Source: Scyliorhinus canicula (lineage: Eukaryota). From it: DNA of 64,000 bases. The notes under the pieces are model-generated. The model was not told the origin of the DNA and did not search any database. It saw only the letters and a program-made list of their open reading frames with translations. This document shows positions 27,552-40,214 of this stretch, piece by piece. The translations under genes were made by a program, and so were the position numbers. The stretch spans positions 233,437,758 through 233,501,757 of the forward strand of contig NC_052147.1 in NCBI RefSeq assembly GCF_902713615.1, in the 5' to 3' direction. Within the stretch, counting starts at the first letter, position 1. Each line of letters opens with the position of its first letter.

Positions 27552-27942
27552 CGGCCCACCTAATCTCACTTGCCAGCACTTGGCCCATAGCCTTGAATGT
27601 TATGATGTGCCAACTACTCATCCAGGTACTTTATAAAGGATGTGAGGCACCCTGCCTCTACCACCCTCCCAGGCTGTGCATCCAGACTGTCAACACTCTC
27701 CCGGTAAAAACATTTTTCCTCAAATCCCCCCTAAACCTCCCACCCCTCAAGGGTTAAAAATACAGTGTCCACACTCAACTGTGGACAGAACCAATTATAT
27801 ATCTCAGATAGTAAACCCAATAACACCCAGATGAGGTCTTTCCGAGGTCCTGGCAACAATAAAGAATCAATACTGTTTAGCCAGGCGCCACAATGTATAG
27901 ATAAGCCATTGTGCCTCTAAAAACTAATCAAATATTAGGGTA

Positions 27943-28125
27943 CAGTAAGAAGTCTTACAACACTAGGTTAAACAGGTTTGTTTCGAATCACTAGCTTTCG
28001 GAGCGCAGCTCCTTCCTCAGGTGAATGAAAGCTAGTGATTTGAAACAAACCTGTTGGACTTTAACCTGGCATTGTAAGACTTCTTACTGTGCTCACCCCA
28101 GTTCAACGCCGGCATCTCCACATCA
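27943..28125. mobile_element. Penelope-like inverted pseudo-LTR remnant (family 2)
   Basis: Same family as 3246-3457; flanking near-repeat caaatattaggg/caaatatcaggg. Confidence 0.7.
27988..28024 (-). ncRNA. Minimal type I hammerhead ribozyme motif (intact core)
   Basis: Minus strand reads TCAC-CTGAGGA-A-GGAGC-tgc-GCTCC-GAAA-GC-TA-GTGA: stem I TCAC/GTGA, 5-bp stem II, palindromic AGCT stem III. Confidence 0.65.
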
Positions 28126-30719
28126 CAAATATCAGGGAGATGGGACAATTACCACACCATCAAAATATGCTTATCGGATATATTGTTTTTATATTGTAAA
28201 ACAGGTAAACAAGAGATGCCCGGAAAACGATTAAAGTGAAGCATACAGGACGATGGACCTGCATAATGTGATTGGAACACAACTTTAATCAATTCAAACT
28301 ATCAGTGTTGATGACCTAATGTAATGTAACATGCTGTACCAAAAAACAAGGTATAAGAACTGTGTAAAAACTTTGTTTTAGCAGAGCAACTTGGAAGCAG
28401 CCTGGAGTTTACAGCTCCAAGCTCAACTCTCCTTCATTCATGTTGAATAAATCCATTTTTGTTGAAGTTCGATTCGGTCTCAAGGACTCAGTTTGTTTAT
28501 TCCCTTCTACACATGACCTTGTCAAAGGCTTTTACTGAAATCCACATAAACTACATCAACTACACTTCCCTCATCTCTACACTTGGTTACTTGTGCGGCA
28601 CGTTAGCACAGTGGTTAGCACTATTGCTTCACAGCTCCAGGGTTCCAGGTTCGATTCCTGCTTGGGTTACTGTCTGTGCAGTGTCTGCACGTTCTCCCTG
28701 TGTCTGCGTGGGTTTCCTCCGAGTGCACACTTTCTTATTAATGCAGCTCCATCACAATGGGGATTGTGCTCTGCTTGAAATAATATTCTAACAATGGGTG
28801 CCTGGATTGATAGTCTACACTTTTCAGAGTTCTCTTGCTCAATGTTTTAAAGTCACAATTTTGTTGAATCCTGGCTTTTGTTTTTTTTCAGCTGAGATTC
28901 TCCCAGTTTATTTAATTAATTATTTTTCATCTTGGAGCGAGCTCAGATGTCACTTGTTCAGGCGCTGATTCAGGGATTGGGCTTCAGGGACGGGGTTTTC
29001 AAACTACACTTCTGACTCTGAATTATTTAACGATTTGTCAGGATTTGGTATAGCCTGGTATTTTAAAAGATTTAGTTCACCCCTGCTTGGATGCTGACCT
29101 CTGCGCTCTAGGCTTTGAAACTGGACGTCCAAAGGAGATTCACTAGTAAGGAATTTTACATTCCTGCCTTCAGCTGCCAAGTCTTTCGTGGCGCTTTATC
29201 CTGGCAATTTTTCTTCTCTGCCTCTGTTTCTGGAGCTTCTTTTCAGGTCAGAATGGTTTGTTGAAATTTTTTCTCAGTCTTTCAGCATTTTAGTTTTTCT
29301 CTGAATTGCCTGCAAGGTTTTGAATTTTTCCAGAAGCTGCCACCATGCTGTAATGTGTTGGTTGAGGTTTGATAAGTCTGAAGAGGGCTCCATAGTCATA
29401 TGTAGGTTAACTGTAAGTCTATATTGACTCTTACAACTAATGTAAATAATATTTTTTATTGTGCTCAATGTTAGATGAATTGGACATTCTAAATTCTCCC
29501 TCTGTGTACCCGAACAGGCGCGAGAATTTGGCGACTTGGGACTTTTCACAGTAACTTCATTGCAGTGTTAATGTAAGTCCACTTGTGACAATAACGATTA
29601 TTATCATTAATGTATTGTCATGAATGAGAATAAAATGTGTGCTTCTGAATAAGCTTGGAGCTGTTTCCATACTTGCTGGTGCACACAGCACTTTGCAACA
29701 CTAGCCTGATCCTGGGCTATGTGCTCCCTTACATCACAGTGTGGGCAGTACTGTACTCAGTCCCACATTAGTCCTACATGTGTCAGACCCCTCAACTACA
29801 AGGCTGAAGGGAAGTATCTGTATGCCTTCATCTACACTTAGGTATTCAACATTTATTGTGCCCTCCATGGCCTTGTTTGCCCTCCTCAAATGTATTGCCT
29901 GATAACAAATACAAATTGCCGACTGTGTAGATGAAGTTGCTTCATAAATTGAACTGAAATTTGAACAAAGAAAACACAATGATTTCCAATTTTCCAATTA
30001 AAAAGAAAATGGCTTTGGAAAGTTAAATATATTTTTTAGTCATTTTAAGCCAACATTCCCTTTCTGAAAGAGCACGGATATGGTTATCAGATGAATTTGC
30101 TCTGCTGACCTTCACTGTCCTAAATTAATATATGAAGGATGGCAACGTCAGCAAGATACCAGATGGTGATTAATACCTGTGGAACAGTGCTTCAGGTGAG
30201 GTTGGGAAAATTAAAAGGGGAATTTATTCAGAAGCACACATTTTATTCTCACTCATGACAATACATTGCGCATGATACACAACATGTTTTATTATTTTAA
30301 AACAAAATATTGTCTGAATGTGATTTTTAGTTGAGTGGCATAATTGAATCTGTAGTAAATTTCCCAGATCTGTCTGAAGGTGGCTTTTGTTTCACAGAAT
30401 TTACAGCAATGAAGCAGGCCATTTGGTCCAACCTTAGATCAAAAAACTGGCAATCTAAAGTGACTTGCGCCTTTCAGATGGTCGTTTTCTGTTTTTATTT
30501 CACTCATTGTGAGTCCCAAAGCAACGGCGACAATATATCGGCTGGGTGTTCCGGCCATATGGATGAAGCCTGCAATGATTGAATTCACACATTCAATGGG
30601 CTGAAAAACACACAAAAAATAATTCAACGTGTCACATTTAATCCAACTGCGCTATGGTAAATCCAAAGGTTGAGAAATGGGTTTGAATGAGAAATGTCTC
30701 CTCTCCTGGGCAACAATAG

Positions 30720-30913
30720 CAGTGCAATGTAAATATGATTGTTTGACCGACAGAGCAACAAGCCAATCACTGGCTCCGGGAAAGGCAGCAAGGAAGTTAC
30801 ACCAGCTCCACACTGACTTGAACCTCTCCTTGTAAGAGCTGCAAACACTCCAAAAAAAAGCACAGGTCGCAACTCAACGATCCCGAATTTGTCGGATATC
30901 ACAACACCACAGC
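30720..30913 (+). promoter_or_regulatory. Proximal promoter / 5'UTR of the GPD1-family gene
   Basis: CCAAT box AGCCAATCA (30761-30769) and forkhead-like TGTAAATA and TGTTTGAC (about 30728-30747), 150-190 bp upstream of the ATG. TSS not determinable. Confidence 0.45.
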
Positions 30914-30957
30914 ATGTCTGGTCGCAAGAAGATCTGCATCGTTGGATCCGGCAACTG
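30914..30957 (+). CDS. gpd1: Glycerol-3-phosphate dehydrogenase (NAD+), GPD1 family, exon 1
   Basis: MSGRKKICIVGSGNW with the Rossmann GSGNWG motif, split at TG|GTATGT (phase 2) as in vertebrate GPD1/GPD1L. Exact paralogue uncertain (see findings). Confidence 0.93.
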
Positions 30958-31602
30958 GTATGTTGGGCGCTGGCTAAATGTGTTTATTTCGGATGTGGCG
31001 AGTGTTGTGCCGCCTCCCTGGGAGGACCCTTGTTTCGGTTCTTTTACTCAAGTATCTGGTGAGTGCACATCGTGGCATGGAGAACAGCCTCCAGCGCTGC
31101 CAGAAACTTCAACAGGCTTCATTCGAGAAGATCAAGAAAATAAACAATAGTGTGTAATTGGCAACAGCAAAATTATAATAGATCACGAATTGTAACAGGC
31201 TGTAACTGACTAATCTTCATTGGTGAAGATCCAGTCATTAAATTATAACCTCCATTTCCTGATTCTCGATTCTCTCATTGGGTATTTTTTTTGTAATGAA
31301 AGGTTATTTATTTTAGTATGTTAAAAAAACTTTATCCCAAAGTTGATGAGGGGTCTGTCTGGACACAGTAGATAGGGAGAAACTGTTTCCATCTGGCAGA
31401 AGGGCAGAGAACCAGAGAACACCAATCTAAGGTGAATAGCATTAGAAACCCATGAGGAAAACCTTTATTTTACGCAGAGGGGGTGGGGGCACCGTTTGCT
31501 CACCCCTATGCAACTGTGGCGACTAGGGGCTTTTCACAGTAACTTCATTGAAGCCTACTCGTGACAATAAGCGATTTTCATTTCATTTCATATAATCGAA
31601 AA

Positions 31603-31950
31603 GGGGCAGCAGGGTAGCATGGTGGTTAGCATAAATGCTTCACAGTTCCAGGGTCCCAGGTTCGATTCCCGGCTGGGTCACTGTCTGTGTGGAGTCTGCA
31701 CGTCCTCCCCCTGTGTGCGTGGGTTTCCTCCGGGTGCTCCGGTTTCCTCCCACAGTCCAAAGATGTGCGGGTTAGGTGGATTGGCCATGCTAAATTGCCC
31801 GTAGTGTGCTAATAAAAGTAAGGTTAACCCAACCCAGTTGTTGGGTTATGGGTATAGGGTGGATACGTGGGTTTGAGTAGGGTGATCATGGCTCGGCACA
31901 ACATTGAGGGCCGAAGGGCCTGTTCTGTGCTGTACTGTTCTATGTTCTAA
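31603..31950 (+). repeat. tRNA-derived SINE (HE1/V-SINE-like), representative full copy
   Basis: A box (TAGCATGGTGG) and B box (GGTTCGATTCC), conserved core, CR1-like tail. More than 20 related copies, e.g. 320, 8255, 11755, 12155, 21312, 32340, 32693, 33930, 36270-36720, 48337, 49150-49815, 50533, 54222, 56505, 59922. Confidence 0.85.
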
Positions 31951-34939
31951 GTGCCCCAGCCTGTGTTCAGTGGTGGTCTCGGCCCTAAACCCGGCTGACG
32001 AGGAGGCTGCCAACTGGCGGAAGAATGTCCAAACTTGACATCCAGCTGTTCATCCGTGCTTATGAAAGTAGTGTTTATGTTATAACATCAGTTGCTTCAG
32101 AACATCATTGGTCCCAAATTTTCACGTTTTTAGCCCAGTGTAAGGCTTAATAGGACCACTTACATTTTCTGACCAGAAAAACCAGTGTCCTACATCACAA
32201 CAGTGACTACACTTCAAAAGTATGCCATTGACTGTAAAACACTTTGGGATTGCCGGTGGTCATGAGAGATGCAAAAAAAAAAGCAGGTTTTTATTTTTTA
32301 AATACTGTTTCTGCCCAAAACAAAACTGCTGAGATTTATTTTATTTTTTGAAAAACATTTTAGAGTACCCAATTATTTTTTTCAATTTAGCATGGCCAAT
32401 CCACCTAACCTGCACATCTTTGGTTGTTGGGGGGGAACCCACACAAACACTGGAGAATTTGCAAACTCCACAAGGGTGACCCAGGGCAGGGATCGAACCC
32501 GGGTCCTCAGTACCATAGGGAGCAATACTAACCACTGCACCATGCCGCCCAACTGCTGAGATTGATTATTATTATGTGGTCACCATGACCTCATGCTTAT
32601 TTACATATATTTAGATGAGGTGCTGGTGTCCTGAATTTCCAGACGTTTTGCTCATATTATGGCACGTTAGATAGAGAACCGTAAGCAACATGGGGGCAAA
32701 GTGGTTAGCACTGCTGCCTCACAGCACCAGAGACCCAGGGTCAATTCACTTTGGGCCTTTGGTGATGATCTGTGTGGAGCCCGCATGTTCTTCCTGGGTC
32801 TGTGTACGGTTCCTCCGGGTGCTCCAGTTTCCTCTCACAGTCCAAAGATGTTCAGGTTAGATGGATTGGCCATGCTAAAATTGTGCCTTAGCGTCGAAAG
32901 ATGTTCAGGTTAGGTGGGGTTACGGGGTCAGAGGGTTGGTACAGACTCGATGGGCCAAATGGTATAGATTCTATTACATCTTTAACTGGTGCAAGTGAGG
33001 ACCTATCGAGCATGAATACTGTTGACGGTTTATGCACCAAGTACTGCAACTGGGAATTATTTTTTTCAATGCTTTATTTTTGTTTTGAGCCTTGGCACCA
33101 TTTGTACTTGCCTCTGAATACCTGGAGGATTATGTGAACACTGGAGATCTCAGCTAATGCAAGAGGGACAAATGTGGGATTTCCGTACGTCATTGACAAA
33201 CAACAGAAGTTGGAGGAAAGCTGTGTGAGGCAGAAGTTGAAGATCTGATCCTCAACTAGCAGCATCTCTCTTTCCTCAACCTCACACCCCCCCCAACCCC
33301 CCAATCAATTTACTGACTCATGTTTTGAATATTTCAGCATGGAGCTGTTTATTACGAGTGAATTTCTCAATGAAGCGTTAAAAATGTTGTAGTCAATTCA
33401 ATCATCCAAGGAATATCCATGTTGTATTGTGCAGGATATGTGGCAGGTGACTGGCATGAGGGTTCCGCAGTACTGGTGGATAGTACAATGCAGGATCACA
33501 TGAAAGGATGAATAACATAGGGCCATCCAGTTTTACGGGATTGCTGGCTTTCCCGAAGCTTGCAATGGAAGTTATCAACATTCTTTACGAGCTTGCAATT
33601 GTTAAACCTCCATCACTTCCACAGCAGAAAGCCATACCTCTCAACCAGTTTCTATGAAAAAACATGTTGAGAACCCCCCAATGCCAATGGAATATTAGCT
33701 GTGAGTTATTACAATATTTCCAGCCCGCCCTGTGCTCTTTGCTCTCACATTCCTCTCTAGTTGGATAAATAAAAGGAGTTCAGAAGTCCAACAGGTACCC
33801 ACCCATTTCTTAACATCCTTCTCCTTCTGCCTCCTGTTCTTACATATCCCTCCTTTTTTTTGGAGGTGATGACCAATTTCCAGAGAAAAGAAAGGTACCT
33901 GGTGCATAAAATACAATCTGAAATGTAACAATAATCTTTATTATTGCCACAAGTAGGCTTACATTAACACTGCAGTGGAGTTACTGTGAAAAGCCCCCAG
34001 TCACCACATTTCAGCGCCTGTTCGGGTACACAGAGGGAGAATTCAGAATGTCCAATTCACCTAACAAGCACGTCTTTCGGGCATTGTGGGAGGAAACCAG
34101 AGCACCTAGAGGAAACCCACGTAGAGGCGGGGAGAAAGTGCAGACTCCGCATAGACAGTGACCCAAGCTGTAAATCGAATCTGGGACCCTGGCGTTGTGA
34201 AGCAACGGTGCTAACCACTGTGCTATTGTGTCGCCCTGAAGAAAAAGTGGATAGCAGAGGATCGCTAATAAGCTGAATACTAACTCCCCAGAATTGGGGT
34301 TGTTAAAATGCAAAAATATATCTGGAACAGGAGCTGAACCACCTCAAACCTGCCAATTTCCGTTTTAATAGAGTCAGGACAAGGGGCGGGTGACCACTCA
34401 GCTACAAGGATCAGATTGGTAATTTAAATATACTAATAGTGCAGCGTGCCTTCATTTGAACTGTCAGTCTATTCTTAATCATATGTGGCTGGGTTTCCTG
34501 GCTTTCAGGAAATTTGGCAAGAAAAGGAGATGAGGAGACTGAATCCATCAAGTAAATGCTTTTGCTGATGAGGATCCACGCAGTAAACCATCAGACTGAC
34601 CCTACCTCTATGCAAGGACCCTTGATGCACCCCCCTGCCCCAACTGATATTAGGACCCCTCCCAATCCACCCCACCTTCCCAACCCGACTATCTCTCTCA
34701 TTCCCCCAATACATTTGCTCTTTTAAGCTTCGACCCTATGATGCAGGCTTCCAGTCAGAGAGGCCTCCAAAGTCTGTTAGTCAGGTAGTTACGTTGTGCA
34801 GAAATAAGGAGTAACCGTTTTCCCGGACTTCCTGGGCTCACAACAACCTCCCTCCTCGACTACCACCTGCCCCCTGCCTCCCAACCGCCTACACAGTAAT
34901 AGCCCCCAGGCTAACTCTAGACCAATGTCACAAGTCCAT

Positions 34940-35130
34940 GAAATGAAATGAAAATGAAAATCGCTCATTGTCACAAGTAGGCTTCAAATGAAGTTACTGT
35001 GAAAAGCCCCTAGTCGCCACATTCTGGCGCCTGTTCGGGGAGGCTGGTACGGAAATTGAACCGTGCTGCTGGCCTGCCTTGGTCTGCTTTAAAAGCCAGC
35101 GATTTAGCCCAGTGTGCTAAACCAGCCCCT
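34940..35130 (-). repeat. Second tRNA-headed SINE family
   Basis: Head ggggctggtttagc...ggttcaattt; same tail as 12155; copies at 51343 and 61110. Confidence 0.7.
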
Positions 35131-35818
35131 ACAGCACTTCAGGAAAGAAAACCTTGTGACTAGATAGCTTGTGAGTAACAAGGCAGAACGTCTGTTGTCA
35201 GAAATAATGACTCCACTGAGAAAAACAACATAAAAGTGTTAAAATTGTTAAGAAATGGGTTAAGAAACATTCCAATTAGATGTCTCATTGATCCAATAAT
35301 TGGCACTGATGTGAAAAGAGGCTACAGGTGGCCTTTGGGGCATGTGATGTGACAACAGAGTTTGGTGCTGAGTGTTCAAAGAAAAATGAAGGTGTTTGAG
35401 AAAAGGAGATCTCTTGACTCTTTACTCAACAGCAACCAGAGCGGCAAATGAAAGGACAATAGGGATCTTAAATGTACCCTTTCATTACCCGACTGGTTAT
35501 GAGGGTCTAAGAAAAATGTAACATTTTACCTTGCATAATTGTAACCTGTTCTCAGCAGAACATTGCCAAGATAAAAAATCTAGGCATAGACCAGAATCTA
35601 GTCAGGTATCTAGTCAGAATTTGATGGGGAAGAACATCTGGATAATTATCGTTCTTCAGGGAATGCTGCAAATGGCATTGGGAGAGAGAAGTTAGCTCTC
35701 ATAAGTCTGCGAGAAGCAGTTGGTTTAGAAGGCTACAGAGGGAGCGTCACTCTCAGCATTGTAAGAAGAAAAGACATATTATGGAGTAATGGTTAAGAAA
35801 GCAGATGCCAGACATCTG

Positions 35819-35982
35819 GGGCTGGATTCGCCACCGGCGGGCTGCTCTGTTTTGCCGGCAGCCGGGGGTTTCCCAACAGTCTGCTCCACAATGGGAAACC
35901 CCGTTGACTGGCCGGCGTAACAAAACATCCCGCCGGCAGGGTGAAATAGAAATGTGGCGCGGCGGGACGGAGAATCCAGCCT
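35819..35982. mobile_element. Short Harbinger-type MITE
   Basis: TIRs GGGCTGGATTCGCC / GGAGAATCCAGCCT. Confidence 0.65.
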
Positions 35983-38900
35983 CTAAAGTCCAGCTAGTTA
36001 AGGAAACTAAAGAAGTGAAGAAAAGTGTCCAAGAAGTCTGGAATTAAGTGAACAGGGACAAAGGTATGGTTTAGCAGAATTCAAGGAATAGTAAACGACG
36101 TTTTCTGAGTAAAAGAGACACTGAAGTAACCAGATTTTAAGTGGGACTGCAGCCTTCAAAGGTAAATCAGAAGTCTTGATGCCATTTTAATACGTTCTGG
36201 GAATGGAGAGTTAAAGAATTGGGAGCACTTTGCACAGTAGCCAAGACAAAGAAATCCAAAAGAGGTTGGTGTAAATTTAGAGTACCCAATTCATGTTTTT
36301 TTCCACTTAAGGGAAATTTAGCATGGCCAATCCACCTACCATGCACATCTTTGCGTTTGTGGGAGGGCAGCACGGTGGCCTAGTGGTTAGCACAGCTGCC
36401 TCACGGCACCGAGGTCCCAGGTTCGATCCCGGCTCTGGGTCACTGTCTATGTGGAGTTTGCACATTCTCCCAGTGTCTGCGTGGGTTTCGCCCCACAACC
36501 CAAAAATGTGCAGAGTTGGTGGATTGGCCATGCTAAATTGCCCCTTAATTAGAAAAAATAATTGGGTAATTAAATTTTTTAAAAAAATCTTTGCGTTGTG
36601 GGGGTGAGACCCACGCAGACACTGGGAGAATGTGCAAACTCTACACAGACAGTGAATCAGGACTGGGTCCGAACCTGGGTCCTCGGCGCCGTGAGGCAGC
36701 AGTGCTAATGTGCCGCCTTCTTGAGAGAATATTTTAAAGTATTTTTGGTAGTGGAGTTTGGGAACTCTCGTGACAATCATCTGGGGGGATTCTGAGGAGG
36801 TATCCACGAACATTCACTTGGGTTAGAATGGAGAGTGTATTTGCCCATAGTCATTTTGTGTGCTTAAAAGGGACTTATGTTAATGAGACCATTGCAGATT
36901 AAGATGTATTTTGTATTTTGTAATCTATGTTAATCCTAAAACCAGTGTGTAATCAAGGTGCCTTGATCGGGGACTGGGTGCCTGTGAATTAATGACGACC
37001 CCACCCATAAGGCTGATGGCAAACCCGACAGGTTTTGCTGGGTGGGTTTTGAGAGGCATGGGAGACCAATGCGAACCCCTAAATCCCATACTAAATCCCT
37101 GATCCACCAACAAATCCCGGTGGGCTCAAGGATGATTGCTCTCAAGTAGCTCATTAATGAACCTGATCTGCATTGGGCCCTTCCCTTTCCCCCACTAAAT
37201 GCGGGACACTTTTCCCGCCATTGGGAATTGCACACATTGCCTCACACCCCCCACCCCCCACAACCCCCTGCCATCATGCCTGCTCCAGCGAGCTCTGTTA
37301 AACTCCACACATTAACCCTGTTTCTTTATCTAGATATTTGCCATTTCTATTTGTAGAAATCTGAAATTGCAAAAAGCTATTGAGGTCAGATCATTTGAAA
37401 ATAGATTTGAGATGGAGATCAACTATGATCTAATGATGGAACAAACTCGAGAGGCTAAATGGCCTCATTCTGTTCCTATGATCCTGAAAATTCTGGAAGA
37501 TGTCAGATCACATCCCACTCCTGGATCTAGAGTGCTATTCAATCTCTTTTTAACTGCTCCCAGAGTTGGAGTTGTGCTTCCAATGAAGATATAATACTGG
37601 CTGGTCCTGGGTCCTTAGTTAGGGGGTGGAGTTGGGGTATTGGGGAGAAGAGAGTGTCAGGGGATATGGTTACTACAGATTTCAATGAAACTTCTAAATG
37701 TTACTTTGGTCTGCAACAAAATAAAGCTTCCCTGATGCTGCCACAGAGGATGGTTGTAGAGTTATGGGTGTCGATTGCTGCACTTTTGCACAGACTCCAT
37801 TTCAGAACCTCAATATCCTGCTTTTCAATCGAGTTCCCTTGAAATCTTTGTAGCATGATTCCAAAGCCTTCTTACCCAATTCCGGTTGGGAAGATAGCAC
37901 ATCTTTTTTCCACGCCTCCCGCTCTCCCGTGCATTTGTGAATTAATTGGTGTCTCATCTTTATCAACATGATGTCATTACCCCCTAAATTAAAATATGAG
38001 GGGCTGGATTCTCCGACATCAGGACTAAATGGCAGATGTTCCATGGCCCCAGAGCAATCCAGGACATGGTAATGGGCCAGCACACGTGCCATGTGGAACT
38101 AGTGCGATTCCAACTGACACTTGATTCGTATTTGCTGTGGTCGGGATTGTCACTGGACAGCCTGACAAGCTGGAGCTGCATACAAGTACTCCTCTCCCCA
38201 CACAATCTCATCCCAGCCGAGAAGATGCCACCCCAGAGATCGGCCCCAAGATTTGCAGATGCAGAGCTGGAGATATTACTGGATGCATTGGAGGAGAGGT
38301 AGGACCCCCAGCTGCCCGGTGTGGGAAGGCGGCTGCCACCCACTGACGTCAACCGGGCCTGTGGCAGAGGCCATGAGCGCCGTGGGCCCCACCGTAAAGA
38401 CTGGGCAGCAGTGCCCGGAAAAGCTGCACAACCTCCTCAGGGCAGTCCGAGTGAGTCATCGACTCCATGCCCCTGTCACCATCCTTGTCCCCCACCCCGC
38501 CCCACCAGGCGGAACTGGAGGCAGTGCTGGGTGAGGATGGGCAATCTCCTGGCCAGACATGATGAGTCAATGATTCACCATCTCTGTGCCCCTGGCACCT
38601 CCCCACGCTCCAACACACCCACACTCCTCACACCCCCTCCCTTGCCGGCAGCCCCCTCGCACCCACTCTGCATCACATGCCAACACCCATAGTGCCCACC
38701 AAGGCTGAGTGCCCTGCACACACAGGTCACCAGCTGCAGAACCCCTGCACTGTCCACGTCCAAGAGTCTCACTACGCATTATCTGCCCACAGGAGAAGGC
38801 GGCCCTCAACCACAAGAGGGAGAAAAGTTCATCGTGGAGCAGAGGGCGTTTGACCCTGGTTGGCAGAGTGTGAGAACGGCAGTCACCGAGGCGGTGGTCA

Positions 38901-40214
38901 GCATGGGACAACCAAGTGAGCGCCCAATGTGTTGTGATGTCCCAATGGCACATGAGTCACCCCTCCCACACCAGCCCCCAACCCACGATCTAACAATGTG
39001 TTTGTTTTGTGCCTTGCAGAGTCACCACCAGACGATGGAGCCGGCTGGTGTTCCCCCATCCCCAGCTGCAACCGGCGGTTCACCTGGTGTCAAGGTGGAA
39101 CTGTCCGTGGTCCCATGCCCCTGCCACAACCCCGCAATGCCCAAGAGCACACGTCCAGGGATGATACTGACTTCTCGTCACTGCTGTCACCAACATCCTT
39201 CACCATCCCAGAGACACTCTCCTCTGTTAGGCATTTTAGTGAAGAGGCTCCTGGAGCACCATCTGGTGCGCACCACACAGTGCACGTACATCAGGTGGAG
39301 ATAGAAACCCCCAAGAGGGCAGGTGGTCAGAGGGTGGCTCGAACCCAGGGACTTGCTGCTGTCCAGACAGGTCTAGCGCTTCTGGAAAGAGCAATCCCAC
39401 CGATGTTGAAAATGCAGGCGCAGAGTCGGGGACTACATGAGGTGGTGTTAGCAACCATCCAGCACCTGCAGTTGGAGGAGTCCAACTGCCTGCAGGAGGC
39501 GGTGCCGACCATGTGTGCTACCCAGGCCAACACCACACGGGTTGTGTTCAGGTGGAGGCCTTGGATGCAAAGGTTTCGGCCATGTGTCAGGATGTCCAAG
39601 GTCTGGGGCAAAGTGTGCGAACGGTGGCTGAGGCACAGGACAGGGCAGCCATGTCATAGTCAGCCATTTACCAAGGCCACATGGACATTGCTATGGTGCT
39701 CCAGAACGTGGCCCAGGCACAACGGGTGATGGCTTCGGGCGTAGAGCATTGGCCTTCCACTAGCTGACCTGAACCATTCATAGGAGGACATGGCACGGTC
39801 CCTGAGGGACATGGGATGGTCCCTGAATGACATACACAGTCCCACAAGAATGTGGCACAGGACATAGCATAGTCCTTACGCTGCATACATGGAGACCTAG
39901 GTCGAGATGAGAGTGGACCTCCAGAGCGAGGTAACAGCGGAGCCCCCTGGAGCTCGTTCCAGCCACCCCCCCCCCCCCCATCGCACAGAGTAATCTGGGG
40001 GTCGTCGGGCACCCCAAGGGAGGATGAGGTGATGGGGCCCTGTCGGAAAGTCGTAGCACCTCTGAATCTACCCCCCCCCCAACCTGCCCACTGGGAAGCG
40101 GGCAGAATGGATGGCACCACGCCACCTGAGACACTGACCCGGTCAGTCCAGAGGACGGCCGCCAAAGGGGGCGCAGGTCACATGGTGGATTACACAGCAG
40201 GCTGCCCCACTTCT

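Noticed and set aside
30958-31150. 78-aa ORF extending GPD1 exon 1
   Set aside because: Similarity ends at the GT donor at 30958; the rest is intron read-through.
31603-31680. SINE heads as tRNA genes
   Set aside because: They have A/B boxes but run into SINE cores and tails; no clean cloverleaf.
35140-36980. Possible old LTR-element internal region
   Set aside because: Too decayed; I could not identify ends or protein motifs.
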